A model generated the notes under the pieces. That model saw nothing but the letters and a program-made list of their open reading frames with translations, was not told the DNA's origin and ran no database searches. A stretch of DNA of 64,000 nucleotides from Ramazzottius varieornatus (taxonomy: Eukaryota; Animalia; Tardigrada), in assembly GCA_001949185.1 (NCBI GenBank), contig BDGG01000010.1:287337-351336 (forward strand), read 5' to 3'. Made by a program: the position numbers and the translations under genes. Shown piece by piece: positions 29,662-42,500 of the stretch (position 1 is the stretch's first letter; each line of letters starts with the position of its first letter).

Positions 29662-30285
29662 TCATTTCTTCTTCTTTTTGTGCTTGACTTGGCCGTTCGA
29701 CTGGGATTGTTCCAGCTTTTCTTTTTCCGCTGCTTTTATTTCGTCGGCTTGCGCCTTGGCGGCCAATATGGCCTTCGTTCGAGAATCCTTATTCTTCTTC
29801 GCTTTGGCTTCCTTTTGTACCTATCGCATCACATAACACCATAACCCGCAGTTCCGAAAATAATTCTATGGTTTTGCTAACCTCTTTGGACAATTTCCAG
29901 GAGAGAAAGGCACTGATACCGAGGAACGGCGTCAACAGCAAAATAATGTAATATCTGTAAACCAAGATTTTCAGAATTTGAATAATTTGTATATGGCAGC
30001 TCGGCAAACGAACTCGACAACATTCTTATCCCAATGGCGCACGCTTCCAGCCGATAAAGCTAGCAATCTGCGCCACTTGGGAATTCGACAGGATCGTTCA
30101 TCCAAAATGGCGCACACTCCCAGCCGTCGGTACTGAAGCAGTGCGCCATTTGGAAAAACATTCAGGTCGAGTTGATTTTCCGCGTATCAAAGCTCTCACA
30201 TGAATGTTGTGGGGTTCTTCTCTATCCATTGCAACCAGCTACGGAACAGATCCTCGGGAATGTACTGTCGGATGTCGAAGCTCAT
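29662..30285 (-). CDS. SMIM15: Small integral membrane protein 15 (UPF0542), 3 exons, 105 aa; fragmented in the ORF track
   Basis: Exons 30200-30285, 29882-29954, 29662-29820 give MSFDIRQY...WIEKNPTTFIYYIILLLTPFLGISAFLSWKLSKEVQKEAKAKK..., matching the SMIM15 pattern W..KDP..F...IL.LTP.F..SA.LSWKL.K plus a basic tail. Confidence 0.88.
30031..30153. repeat. Tandem pair of fixed-spacer palindromes (SMIM15 intron)
   Basis: Two units TGGCGCAC-25 nt-(G/C)TGCGCCA inside one pair of outer arms (about 29996-30185). Confidence 0.9.
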
Positions 30286-30759
30286 CTTTCTTCAGCACTT
30301 CTGGCGAGATGTAGATTAGGGTTCGGACCTAATCGATCGAACGCTTTAGTGACTGCAACCCTCTTTGATGCTAGCGTACTCTGCAAGAAAAAATTAAACA
30401 ATTCAGTTAGATTACACCCATGGGTGATGGCTGTCCATCGTAATTAACACAGCGTTTTAGAGAATAAGATAGTTGTGCATAGGTAGTACCTCAGAATCGC
30501 CTCCAGCCTTCACAGCACAGCTACTCCGTTAGCGATTCCCTACAGACTTCCATCTTCGGCTGATTGAAAACACTACGCATAGAGGATATGCTGCAAACAA
30601 TCGCCTAGACATACTCATAATCAAAATCGATAAAAACTGTAACCCGATAAGGCTGTAAAAATATGCGCGCGTCAAGTGTGAACTGTGAACATTGGGCCAT
30701 ACGTGGAGATCGGACGTACATGGTGACATTCGAATCGGATCAGTCGAATGCATACAGTA

Positions 30760-31203
30760 CACGCACGACGAGATATTACGGGCCAGTAAAAATTACGGAC
30801 CAGGCGTTTTCGGAACGGCGGCACGGGCAGGTGATTCTTGCTTCAAGTAAAAACCACATCGAAGGCTGCTCTGCTGTACGTGCTTGCTGGATATTGGGCC
30901 GAGGAGCTAAAGCTTGTCATATTAACATTATAACAGTCAGATCTTCATTATACCTTCGACAGTTCAAACTATTCGAAGGCTTCTCCGGCCAGCGGGAAAA
31001 AGTCGACAGCAACATAGAAGCGTTAGAGTAAAACAGCTGATCAACTGATGGCCACTGTCCATGACAATTTTTTCCGGTTGAATTTATACTAAGTTACGTC
31101 ATTCGTGCGATTTCTGTTTCTGACTTCCATACAGATTGTAGATTTGCCGTCTTTTCCGACTGGCCCGTAATTTTTACTGGCCCGTAATATCTTGTCGTGC
31201 GTG
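30760..31203. mobile_element. TA-flanked MITE with CACGCACGAC termini (444 bp)
   Basis: About 44-bp TIR CACGCACGAC(G/A)AGATATTACGGGCCAGTAAAAATTACGG(A/G)CCAG; TA on both sides. Confidence 0.85.
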
Positions 31204-31226
31204 TACAGTTTCAATTTTGTCCGAAC

Positions 31227-32829
31227 GATAGATAGATAGATAGATAGATTTATTGAGCCTCGACAATCTAGTCGACGGCTTCCTCGATCGTCAGAGGATA
31301 ACAAAACATAAAAATACAGTACTAACAGCTTTGGCAAGTGGAAGCGATCAAGACTAACTTCAGAGATTGACAAATAGAGATTGCAATCCGAGATCAGGCA
31401 CCAGAAAGGAAGTGGAAAATTCGCACAACCATAGCAGAGAGAGCTAACTACCAAACAAGGAATGAGGGAGCGTTCTTTCCGCCTTCGTCCAGGTTCTCAC
31501 TCGTCCATTTCCATGTCCGACTGGCTCCGTCGTTCCCGGTTTGATACTCGAGCTGGTCCATGTGTGTGGTTGGGTTTTTGCTGTCCGTCGCGAGGGTCTT
31601 CTTCGCCGACTTGGGCTCGCCCTCCGAACCTGGTTGTACCGACGGGAGGGTGATCTGCCTGGCTCAGCGGGTCCAGGTTCTGGTGGCTGTTCGGGGGCCA
31701 CCCTCCTCCGCAGTTCCGAAGGGCTTGCGCGGTGGGCCGATCGACCCCAAGTTGATCTTCACATCCGGTCGACCCATACCGACGGGGCTGTTTGTTATCG
31801 CTGATGCATGGTAGGAGCAGGCTTGAGAGACGCGAAGGCTGGACGGCTGGATGGCCGGAGCGCCAGGGCTGATGGATGTATCCGCTGAGGACCGAGGGAA
31901 AAGCCAAACGGGGGTCCTAGCGGGAAACCCATAGGAAATCCCGTGGTCAGTCCTGACATTTGGTAAGGAGCATAGGCTCCAATCATTCCTCCAAACATGC
32001 TGAAGGGGAAATTCATAATCTGAAAATAGCATTTGGTTACTTCCTATGGCCGGTCATCTGTCCATTTGTTACGAAGCCGTGAGTGCAAAGAGCGCGGAAG
32101 CGCTCTCAGAGGCATGTAGGCGTGTCATGCGCTACTGATCACCAGTGAAGGAGTTTGAACAGGATGACCCAATACTTTATGGAAGAACTTTGCGAATAGA
32201 AGACAAGCAGGCACGTGTGCAGCAGTTAGACATCGCACCAGACACGGAGCTAAGTCGATACAGCTCGAGAACCCGAGTTCGCAGAGGTCGCCTGTAAGGT
32301 CTGGACGAGGACCGTCAAAGAGAGGACATATAGTCATAAAATGCGGTATGTTCTCGATTCCGACTAAGCAGAGACGGCACTTCCGGTCTTCCCGGTGAAC
32401 GCGAGTGGTGGGTGATCCCCATCGGCCCGTTTCAACTGACAGATTGAACGATGATAAAAGAACGCGGCACAACGTGTGCACCAGTCCAACAAGGAACTTA
32501 GAACTGTCGGAAAGCCAACCTGGCAGAGCATCGGAAGGGAGAACTTTCACAAGAAGGTCGAGCTTTGGTGAGAGAGCAACCATTCCGTGAGTTGCTGTTA
32601 GAAACTGGTTCTTGGCTAATGCGAAGAACTCAGAGTGGTTAAAGCAGGATATTTTCGCCATTATACAAGACGGAGGCTCGTCCTCTGACGTCATGCATTC
32701 AATTTCTTTCTTCCCGGTTTCAGTTATCGGACATAATTCCCACCTAACTGAACTTACGAATACAGTATTCAGCGGGAACAAAGCAGCATATTTTGAAGAA
32801 GCTAGATATAAATGAAAACATGAAACCAT
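31227..32829 (-). mobile_element. 5'-truncated non-LTR retrotransposon (RTEX/L2-like): ORF2 C-terminus, 3' region and microsatellite tail
   Basis: ORF 32125-32829 contains LSSFNLSVETGRW...EDRKCRLCLVGIENIPHFMTICPLF, the C-terminal CCHC knuckle of LINE ORF2. The element ends in AATAAA(TCTA)n at 31254-31227. Confidence 0.8.
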
Positions 32830-32889
32830 CAGTCCTGGCAGGTTACAAGTCGAGAGTCCCAGGAGAAGTGGGGAACTGGGAATCCGTGA

Positions 32890-34076
32890 TCACTCGTAGT
32901 ACCCGTTCTTCAGCGCCGCAAGAAGGTCTTTGATGACGCTGGCGTCTCCTTTCTCCAAAAGGTTGTCAACTGGACCAGCAGTCATCGCCGCCTTAAAGTT
33001 CTTCAGCAGGAACTTTAGGGCTGCTAGTTTCAGGTCAGCGGCAGAAAACTTGTCGCCCAATTGCAGCAGTCGACCAAATTTTCCATGTTGATACCAGCGA
33101 TCAGATCCTCTTCGCAATGCTCCTTCAAGTCGGACATTTCGTACTTTTCCGCCGCCTTCAACAGACCCACTGCTTCCTCCTTCAAGATCTCCAGCCCTTT
33201 GTAGTACATATACTTCAACAAGGCATCCAAGGTCTTGGTGGAAATGTCCTCCAGGACATAGCGACCCGTCCGACATTCTTCCATGTTCGAGTCAAATATA
33301 CGCTCGAATACGGGAGAGGTCACCGCTAAGATGACTTTGTGGACGGGTCGTTCTGTTCCGTCTGCCGACACCAGCACGAGATGCCGACCGGTGGGTGAGT
33401 TGTACAGTTTCACATTCTTGTTCGGCAGCGACTCGACCATTGGACACTGAAGCTCTCTTCCGGGCTCCAGCATCAGGCTGACGGAGCCGATCTAAACATG
33501 GATCTTCATGGTATCGTTCGGAAGAACCAGCAAAGGAACTTCAGTCCAGATCTTCTTATGGCTGACGCTCAGGATTTCGATCGTGTTGTATTCCTTGGTA
33601 AGAGACGCGGTGCCGTGTGCATAAGTCCGGAAGTAAGGGTGACTTGCAAGTAGCTCAAAGGAGGTGTCGTCCTTGAAGCTAAAAGGGTAAAAAATGGTGG
33701 TGTTTAATCTTTTTGATGACTACTTGAATTGAATTGCAACTTGGTGATAACATGAAACACGAACGTGTTTCTGCAGCCTTCGCTATATGACCATATACCT
33801 TATATGATAATCCACTGTGTAGGTTTGTCCTTTGTTCATCAAATAGTTCACCCTGAAGCCGAACTCAATCCATGTACCACAGCCTGTTTCCTGTCGTCGT
33901 GGGATGACGTACAGACTCAGCTGTGAATGGAACACGGTGATGCTGTTTGAAACGATGGTAGATGTTTGGTCCTTCAGCGTGGAAAATTGGGGGATGTCCA
34001 GGTTCATGACAGCCATCAGGTGCGAATCTGGACCCTGAAACTCGATAGTTGTTTTCACAACGCTCGTCGCTGCCAT
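32890..34076 (-). pseudogene. MATH-like/BTB (SPOP-like) pseudogene
   Basis: BTB motif VHKVILAVTSPVFERIFDSNMEE...LLKYMY...LLKAAEKYEMSDLKEHCE. In-frame TAG at 33492-33494 (LPNDTMKIHV*IG) and a 1-nt frameshift near 33068 before LQLGDKFSAADLKLAALKF. Confidence 0.8.
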
Positions 34077-35012
34077 CTTGAGCTGTTTACAAGAAAGGAC
34101 GCAGAGGAACCGACACAAGTGACTGTGTTTCGGAAATTCGACTGCGCTGGAATGATATTTTTCTCACGGAACGGAAGAATATGTAGCTGATCTACGCGTG
34201 AATGTGCATACGTCGAGTACGAGAAGGAATGCGTGCGAAGCTCGCAGTGACAGTGTTACAGCTTGGACGCAACAAGTGACGCCCTACTGTTTATTGTGGA
34301 GAACGATCGACCCTATAGGCCAACTTGCTCTTACGCGCGTATGAGAAGGTTGTTGGTTTTTAAGGGTGGCCGAGGGCAAACGTCAGTAGAGCTTGAAGAA
34401 CAATTCTGCGATCACGATGCTTCCGGCGCTGGACCAAATTCTCGTAAGCGCTTACAGAGCAGAAAACTTCGAAGTGTAGCGTGAGGATACATACCATGGG
34501 ATCCTCGCTTCATGCGGAAAGTTAATCAAGAAAAAGGGGTTGCGAGAGTGATAAGAGAGGACGCGATCCGTATACAGCTATATGGCTATATACAGTACGT
34601 GTATGACAAAACGTGGCGGACGACACTGCAGCTTCCACAACGTGTCATTTCTGATGGCTGTCGGCGCACTTACGACGGCCATCTTGAAAACCTGGTGTCC
34701 TCGAAGGGTATGAATCGAGCCTTTGCTCTGGCCTTCGTACGATTTTTCGGTCGAAGCATTTCATTGATTTGTCCGTATGCTGTTGTGAGGTCGCAATACG
34801 ATTATCATTGTCTCAGACCACGGCGAATAAAATATATGACACAGTAATCAGAAATGCAGTGGAACACGTGGCTACGTGGTAGCATCTGCAAGCAAATAAC
34901 GTTATCTAGCATCGAGCATTCTCGTCATCGCGAGTTTAGCTCCTGCGGACAACTGCAGCACAGCTGCTTACAACATTAAGAATTTATCCGAAGTATACCA
35001 ATCCAAATAAGA

Positions 35013-38000
35013 TCAAAGCGTCAAGCCCTGCGAAGAAGCGCCATATGTTGACGAGAGCAGCTCGTTGTACAAGGCTTGCAGGACATCGTAGTTCTGACCG
35101 GCGAACTGTTCATTGAGGAGCGTAGGTGTCTGCGGTCCATACAGACCCAACGAAGGAGGGGACAGAAGGTTGTTGAGGCTCATGGGCGAGGTTGTCGTCG
35201 GTTGCGCCTGTGGCACGTGTTGTTCCTGCTCCGATGGTGAGATACACTGGTACTGACGGGTGTCCAGCGACATCTGCCGTAGCTGCTTTGGCACTTGGGA
35301 CTGCAGACCTTCCTTCTCTGCGTACCATTGCGAAAGACTTTGCTTGGCTGCAGGTTGGGGTGTACTGCTTCGACTCTGAACTTCTGCCTTGGCTTCGGTC
35401 TTCTTCCGCTTTCTGCTGTTCTTCTTGACAGGTGAAGTAAGTGCAGGTTTTGGTGATGGTTTTCGAGCGGAGAAAGACGGGTCTTGCGCCTTCGGCTTCT
35501 TGCATATTTTTGGCGGGTTCTTTGACGATGAGGTCAAAGCATGTTGGGTCAGGACCGTTGGTTGTTCTTCTTCGGGTAGCAGAAGACTGCTAGGCGGCAG
35601 TTTGATCGGCTCGTGAAGCCAGCCGTGGTCTTGTCGCATCAGTTTGGCTTCATCGTCACTGCAGAAAGAAGACGCGGTAGAAGCCAGTTTCACATATACA
35701 AGTCGCTTGAGCGTTTCGTTGTCGCTAGTTCGATTTTCTGGACGGAAAAGACACGATAATTTTCTACAGTCTAACACTGTGCAGTAGACCGTTCAACCTT
35801 TAGTCGAGAGTTCTGTTTCTTACAGGATAAACTGATAGACGACAGAAATACAGCGACTGTCCACGGCTGTGGTACATCCAACGGCCATGCTTGATCCAGA
35901 GCCTTTGAAGCGTCCAGAGACATCTTTGGCTTGAGCAAACGCCGGGTGGGGTTTCACTGTTGGCGGAGAGATCTGCTGGGCCATAGCGATACCGGCTGCT
36001 GTAATCTGCATCGACAGGTGGCACCAGCGCCATTGTCCGGTTTTGGTCATGAGGCGAACGAGGAAAAGTCCACTTTGGTCTTCCTTTCCTAGCAAAACTA
36101 CAAAAAAATGAATATTATTTTACAGACCTTTGCCTTGGTCACATTCGCACCGTGAGTCATGATACGTCGGCTTTTCAAACCATCGACTCGGAATCTTTAC
36201 ACTTTTCTACATTAGTTTATTCAACAATTTATTTCTGCATCAGTTTATTATTATTATGAAAGTTTCATTATCGAGGTCGAATAAACGGCTGCGAGAAGTT
36301 AAGATTGTCCGTCAGTTCTTCTGTGGTCAGCTTTTGGTTTCTTAAATATCCAGTCGGAACCTGGGTACTTACTATCCCGATGGACTTTGCGGGCTTTGGC
36401 CAGATCCTCCCAATGGACAAAATCGTACCACAGTTTTCCCACCAACTCGGTGTTTGGATATTCCAGATTCTCCTCCGCTTTACTGGAAATTTTACACATG
36501 GTTCGAACACCAACAAAATCAATAGATGGAAAAGAGAAGCTTATTCGATAGCTCACTGCGAAGGGAAAGTAGACAGAATCCGCATATCGGTATGATGGAA
36601 GCTGGTGAAAGACGTGTTAGCCGAGATGGACAGCGGTTGGCGGTTCTCCACTGTTAGTACTGACTGACAAACAGCGGCAAAGATGGCTTCGTTCTGGACC
36701 ATGTCTACAGATCTTGACTCGAAGTACTGAGGGATGAGACCGCTAAGTGAAGAGCGGTTCCAAGGCAGAAAACGCCCACGAACCATGATAGCCTAAAAAG
36801 CTATTTCTTGAAAACAACGCTGTGGAACGCAAAAGCGAAGATCTTACTTTTTGGTCGGCCAGTCGGTTGACTTTCCTGACATTTTTGGACGCGTTGATTC
36901 GAGCTATGAATAGGCGGTCTTGGTGTGGATCGATTGTACCGGTGGAGTTCGCTGGAAGTTCGCTCAAAAGCTGAGAAAGACTGTCGATTCCGTCTTCGGT
37001 CTTAACATGGAAAGACGGATCGGAAGGCAGGCGAAGTTGCTTTTGTATCGGGGCGTGGTCACGTGGGTCCACCAAGTCGTACAAGTTGTCACCGTGGGAC
37101 AATAGGTCCTCCTGCGGCCAGAAAACGTCAGAAAGGTTAAAGTAGACCAGCCTAGTGGAAATATGATTTTAACACTTTCAGCACGATCGTTTTCATGTTT
37201 GCAGAATACTACCGTCCTCTTTGTGTATACAAGAATCTTATTGGCTGGTATCGTGTTGCGGAGGCTGGTCTAACCAATAGGCAATTCTCGAAATTTCAAA
37301 TTCGGATAATTGGCAGCACATGAACGCTATTTTCTTCGTTGTATCTGGTACTCGACACAAGAAAACAATTCTGTCTCTTCTCTACACCATTTCCTTGGTC
37401 CAGCGTACTGTACACGTCTCGCCTCTGTTTGATTCGGTATGACCATCGGACGTTAACTGGCGTTACATCATTTTACGGTGTGCAAAAGGCGATGCTCAAA
37501 AGAACTTGGTAAAAAAGTAGGTTGAAGATGATTCATGAGCAAAAATTGTTGCGCGAACAGCGAACAGCATGGCGTCGTATGTGTACACGGTGAGAAGTCA
37601 ATCTTGCTGGTTAGCGTCTTGAGGATCTGACGCTTGGCCGGGCTACAAGACGGCGGACAAGCCCTTCGTCAATGACAGTCATCAAAGCATGGAAAGTGGG
37701 TCTTGTTGATAATTCACGGTCGCTTTTACGGAACTTAAAGCAAAAGCACAACCCGGACCTAACCTCAAATTCTACTGCTTCAATGATCTTCATTTGAGAC
37801 AAAAGACCCCACATGCCACACCAACTTTCTGTTTCCAGTCAACTCTTTGTTTCATTGCGGTTTAGTGTTTCAACCTTGGACAATGAAGATCCGCCCAATC
37901 CACTACGGAGTTCCAACAGATATCAAACCGGATAACCGAATATCAGAATGTTTGAGACGCATTGAGATAAGCTCGCCAAAATCTTTGCCAAGCGGCGCAA

Positions 38001-38681
38001 GATGTCAACCGTTTACACTACACGCGTGCGCCACTTGGGACAACAAGCTCGTTTTCAAGCTGCGCACCGTGTGAGCCAAGCACACCGAAAAGGTGCGCCA
38101 CTTGGGAAACAAGTTTGTTGAGTTTGTTTTCCGAGCTACCATCTTGTCCAGCTCATAGAACTGAGAAACAGTTTCAATGTACAGCACAAAGTTTTTTGAT
38201 TTTACGCAAACGTTTCGGACTTACGAATTTGAGGCCGAAGACGTCTTGAGCTTTCTCGCCGATGTACAGCAACTTCCCGCTTTGAGTGCACAGCATCAGT
38301 GAGTTGTTGAATGCTTCGCCGACATCGACGGTATCCAGAATACTTTTGGGTTCTTTGAGCCAGCTCTTGTCCCCTTGCGCCAGGGTGGTGCACTTCCGTA
38401 TGTACACGCACAGGCAGGCCATAAGCTGAAGTTGCGAAAGACGATGGCGAGTAGCCACAGGAAAAGGCAAGAGGTCGCGCAAGACATTCATTTCCGCATT
38501 TATCAGGTCACGGCGCTGCTTGCTTTGCCGCTTGCTCGACCTGTCAAATTGAAGCATGTTGCGTCAGACTCGATATTAAGTGATCAGAAATTTCAAAATC
38601 TGAAAAGTTTTTGCCCTACCTGTCCCATATTAAAGGATCGGACGACGAGTCCACATACTCGGAGATATCGTCGAAATCCAT
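35013..38681 (-). CDS. NPAS4/dysf: bHLH-PAS transcription factor, NPAS4/dysfusion family
   Basis: bHLH SKQRRDLINAEMNVLRDLLPFPVATRHRLSQLQLMACLCVYIRK, PAS-A (GKLLYIGE...HGDNLYDLVDPRDH) and PAS-B (LVGKLWYDFVHWEDL; GQWRWCH). A short first exon MDFDD...WDR from ATG 38681 splices in frame; alternative ATG at 38557. Confidence 0.9.
37989..38104. repeat. Tandem pair of fixed-spacer palindromes (NPAS4 intron)
   Basis: CAAGCGGCGCAA-25 nt-GTGCGCCACTTG and CAAGCTGCGCAC-25 nt-GTGCGCCACTTG. Confidence 0.88.
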
Positions 38682-39560
38682 ATCCAGTTCTTACACGGAT
38701 TTTCCCGCCCGGGCCTTCGAATGGTATACCACAACCTTAGCTTGTTTCCTTCGACGAAAATTTAGGGAACGGCTCAGTTTCACATGCAGATCACTTTCTA
38801 AAGTACGGGAGACTCGTAAAAGAAAGTGAAGTATCCGATTGGATAATCATCAATACCTCCGGTTTCGGTTGAACGATTTTGAGAACATCGTATCATAGCT
38901 GTAACACTTTCCAGTAAAGACTGTTCGACTAGGTTCGAATGAAGGTCGCCTTCAGAGTGTAACTGACCGTAGCGGCGGAGATTATGGTGTCACAGTTGTA
39001 CGAAGAACACTTCGGCCAACTGCCACTGTCCAGCTAACCAAGTGCTACCTCTTCAAGGCTTCAGAGCTCGAAACAGATGAAACCTCCGCCACTTCTTCTC
39101 ATTATGAAACTTAGATACAACAGCCGATGGTCGTCTTCGTCCGAGCCTCGGCTGCTGTGGTGTACGAGTCGATAGCCTCAGGACGAAAAAGTACGCCGCG
39201 TAGTCCGCATTTCGAAAGCAATGTCACCGGTGCTCAGACTTCGAGCATACGGGCCAGTATACGTAGTAATAACCGAAACATATCATCAGACTTTAATCGG
39301 CAACATGAAACCCCAGACGAGGACAGAAGTTAAGGCTTCGAACGCCACACCTCAATCATCTTCCAATCTAACAAGCACGTCAACATCATAAAAAGTTATG
39401 TACAGTACAGCACTAAGATAATTAAAGTGGTTAGCTAATCACAGGGATATAACTGAAAATTAATCGATATGTTTTAAATGAAAACCATTCAGTGGAATGG
39501 GAAGCTAAGATCATAAAGGTGAACTCACACGAAACGTTGAAGGTGGAAAATGATTGCAAT

Positions 39561-42500
39561 TTACGTGAGAAGGATGCCCTGGAAGGCTTCTAAGACGCCC
39601 ATGTAGACGTCAGGTACGCGGGATTTGAGAGCCAGTGTGTGGCCACTGGCGATGGCGTTCAGCTTCAGCTCGCACAAAATCCATATGCCGATGGTCATCT
39701 TCAGCGATAGGTACACCAACTGCCGACCGTCAGTCGTCAGCTTCGTTACTGTGAAGATGTTGTTACCTTGCAGCTTGCTGCTGATCGCATCTGAAGGGGA
39801 AAAGGTAGGAATGAAATTATAGACTAAAAACCATCACTTGCGACATCGGTAAACGGATTCACCCAGATCGTATTCCTAAGTGGCGCACGTTCTCAGCCAA
39901 CATCGATGAAAACGTACGCCACTTGATAAAACGATCTGAGTAAAAACATTAATTTACCGACGTGAAACTCATCATTTCGATAAATCTGCCCGGATAAAAC
40001 AACGCGCAGAGTTTTCTACGGACGAACGAGATTTAAGTAAGATCCGCCAGATTGCTCCGGTATATAATACAGTAGAATTGTGGAAGCAGTTCGCAATTGT
40101 CAATTTTCGACGATGTTCTTCTGCTATTCAAGTGTACCATACTTCAATTACTTACCGGGATCGGTCAGGCCCGTGTGGATTTCAAACTGCTTTTCATTCT
40201 CCGAGGGTATATCCTTCCATGTGGCCAAGAAGACTCCTTTCTCCATCAAGCCCTCTTCCACGAAGAAGACATGCATAGGAACCAAGCAGGCAAAGTAGTG
40301 CACGCCAATATTATTCTTCAGCGCCACCTACAAACCATCAAACCCACTCACGCCTGTTATTCCTCAACCACTCAACCAAATACTCAAGCAAGAAATCAGC
40401 GGACCAATATGAATAACGATCTAAACGGTCTGTAATACCTGCAAATTCGTCAAAGGGTTCTGTTTGACAATCTCGCCCGTAATATTCAACGTCAGCGAAG
40501 TCTCCGCAGTCTGGTTGGGCGGTAAAGGACTTCGTACATTCAAAGGCGAAGCTGGCGTCAGTCCGAAACTACAAAAAAGAAAACAGATTTGCCCAACAGA
40601 CAGAGGGGCCGCCAGCAAACGACTAGTCGTTTTCCGATGTGGCGCATACCGGCAGTAATCATACCAATCACATGCACCACTTGAGACAATTATCATTTAC
40701 CTATCTGCTGACGTCTCAAATGAGTCGAAAGAAGTAACTCTTACCTGTTTTTGTTCAAGCGAATGTCGAAGTCAGTCATAGGTTGCAACGCCCTGTTCGC
40801 CAGCGTCAGTTCCATAACCACCTGCCGGTTCTTCCTAGAGAAAGTCCCTTGGACTTCCAGCCCCTTCCCTTGTGCCGGGTTCAGCCAGACTTGTTTCGGT
40901 GCGGCGTAGCCCGTCATGGTGCTCAGACCGAGCGTACCGAAGATGTCGCCCAGCAGACCCCCTGCGTCCACCGTTGAACCTTGGTGGCTGGCTCCATATC
41001 CACCCGTCAGTTCCGCCAGACCGGTACTACCAGTTCCCGTGTTGTAGACGTTACTCATGCTGGATGAAGTCGATCCATCGGACAAACCCAGCTGAAAAGT
41101 CAAAAACGGGCACATTGACGATGTTGCAACAACTACGCGCCGCTCTCATTACTGTACTCGCACTGTCAGACACGATGGATGAGACCTGGTGGGTGCATTT
41201 TTCTACAGTATTTCATGGATCTAAAGAAGGGGGAGGTCGGCAGATGATTTCTCCAGGGTCGTAGTCTCAAGTGGCGCACGTTTTTGATGTTATTGATTGA
41301 GAGCGTACGCCACTTCAGCAAACGATCCGCGTGAGTTCGTTTGCCGACGTCCCGACTGTCTGCTTGGAAATTCTAGCATTGGGGTTTGGGAAAGGCTTAC
41401 CAAGCTGTCCAAGTCAGCGCCCAGCAAGTCTTGTCCGGCCGTGGGCATCGGAGCACCCACCCCACCAACTCCCATGGTGAAGCCTGAGGGTGGACCGCTC
41501 GGCGAACTCAGGTCCAACGACAGTAGGTCTCCGATCAGCGAATCCTGGTTCGGGATGACTTGTCCCGCTCCGCGCATTCCATTCTCCATACCCGTCGGAC
41601 TTCCACCTACAACGTACCCAAACCCCCACGTCAAAACCATCCCCAACCATTAGTCTATTGTCATTTCATTATTTGGGAACTCAACAAACCAACTCGACCG
41701 GTTCGTTCTCGCAAGTGGCGCACGTTTCCAGTAATATTGGCTCATGCGTGCGCCACTTGGGAAGAAAGCTCTGCCGAGCTTCTATTTGGATTTCGTGGGA
41801 TGTTTCAGTTCGATTTTATCAAGTTTTTGTTTTGGTATTACCGTTCATGGAAGGCATTCTGGCCGGCATGCTCTTCCTGGCCAGCGGTGCCCTTCCTTCA
41901 ATGAAGGCCGTCGGTGGTTTATGGTACACCGACGCCAGTGTGCCAATATGACAGCACAGTTCGTCCAGCAGTGTCGGCTCGATGACGTCCGTCTCTTCCG
42001 AGATTAATGGCTTGTCGGCCAAGACTACTTGCTTGGCGATGACGGGGTCGGTGGACAGCAGTCGCCAGTAGATGTAGCCGCGATCCCGCAAATCGGGGTT
42101 GTCGCTTTCCTGGGTGGCCAATGTCAGGACCTTCTGGACGAGTTCTTGAGTGTCCGTGGGGCGCTTCAGGAAGAGCTTGACAATGGCCGTGAGGAGCTGG
42201 AGCTGGACCTGCGTGTTTTCATCGGCGAATCCCTCCAGGAAACTCTCCAGAAGTTCGTTGGCGTTCTCGATACGTTCAGCGTACTCACCGATGATCCAAA
42301 TCATCGAAGCCCTGAAATTTGATATAGTAGAAAAACGGCAGCAAATTGTCAAATTTCCTTCTCTATAGCTGGAATATCATAGAAAACCCATCGGATACTG
42401 GTCGGTTAATTTTCGCCGAGACGGCAAAAAAACCGGGAAAAATTGGCGCAGTTATTTTTTTGGTACAGAGCGTTTCGACTTACTTGGCGTCCGGTTCATC

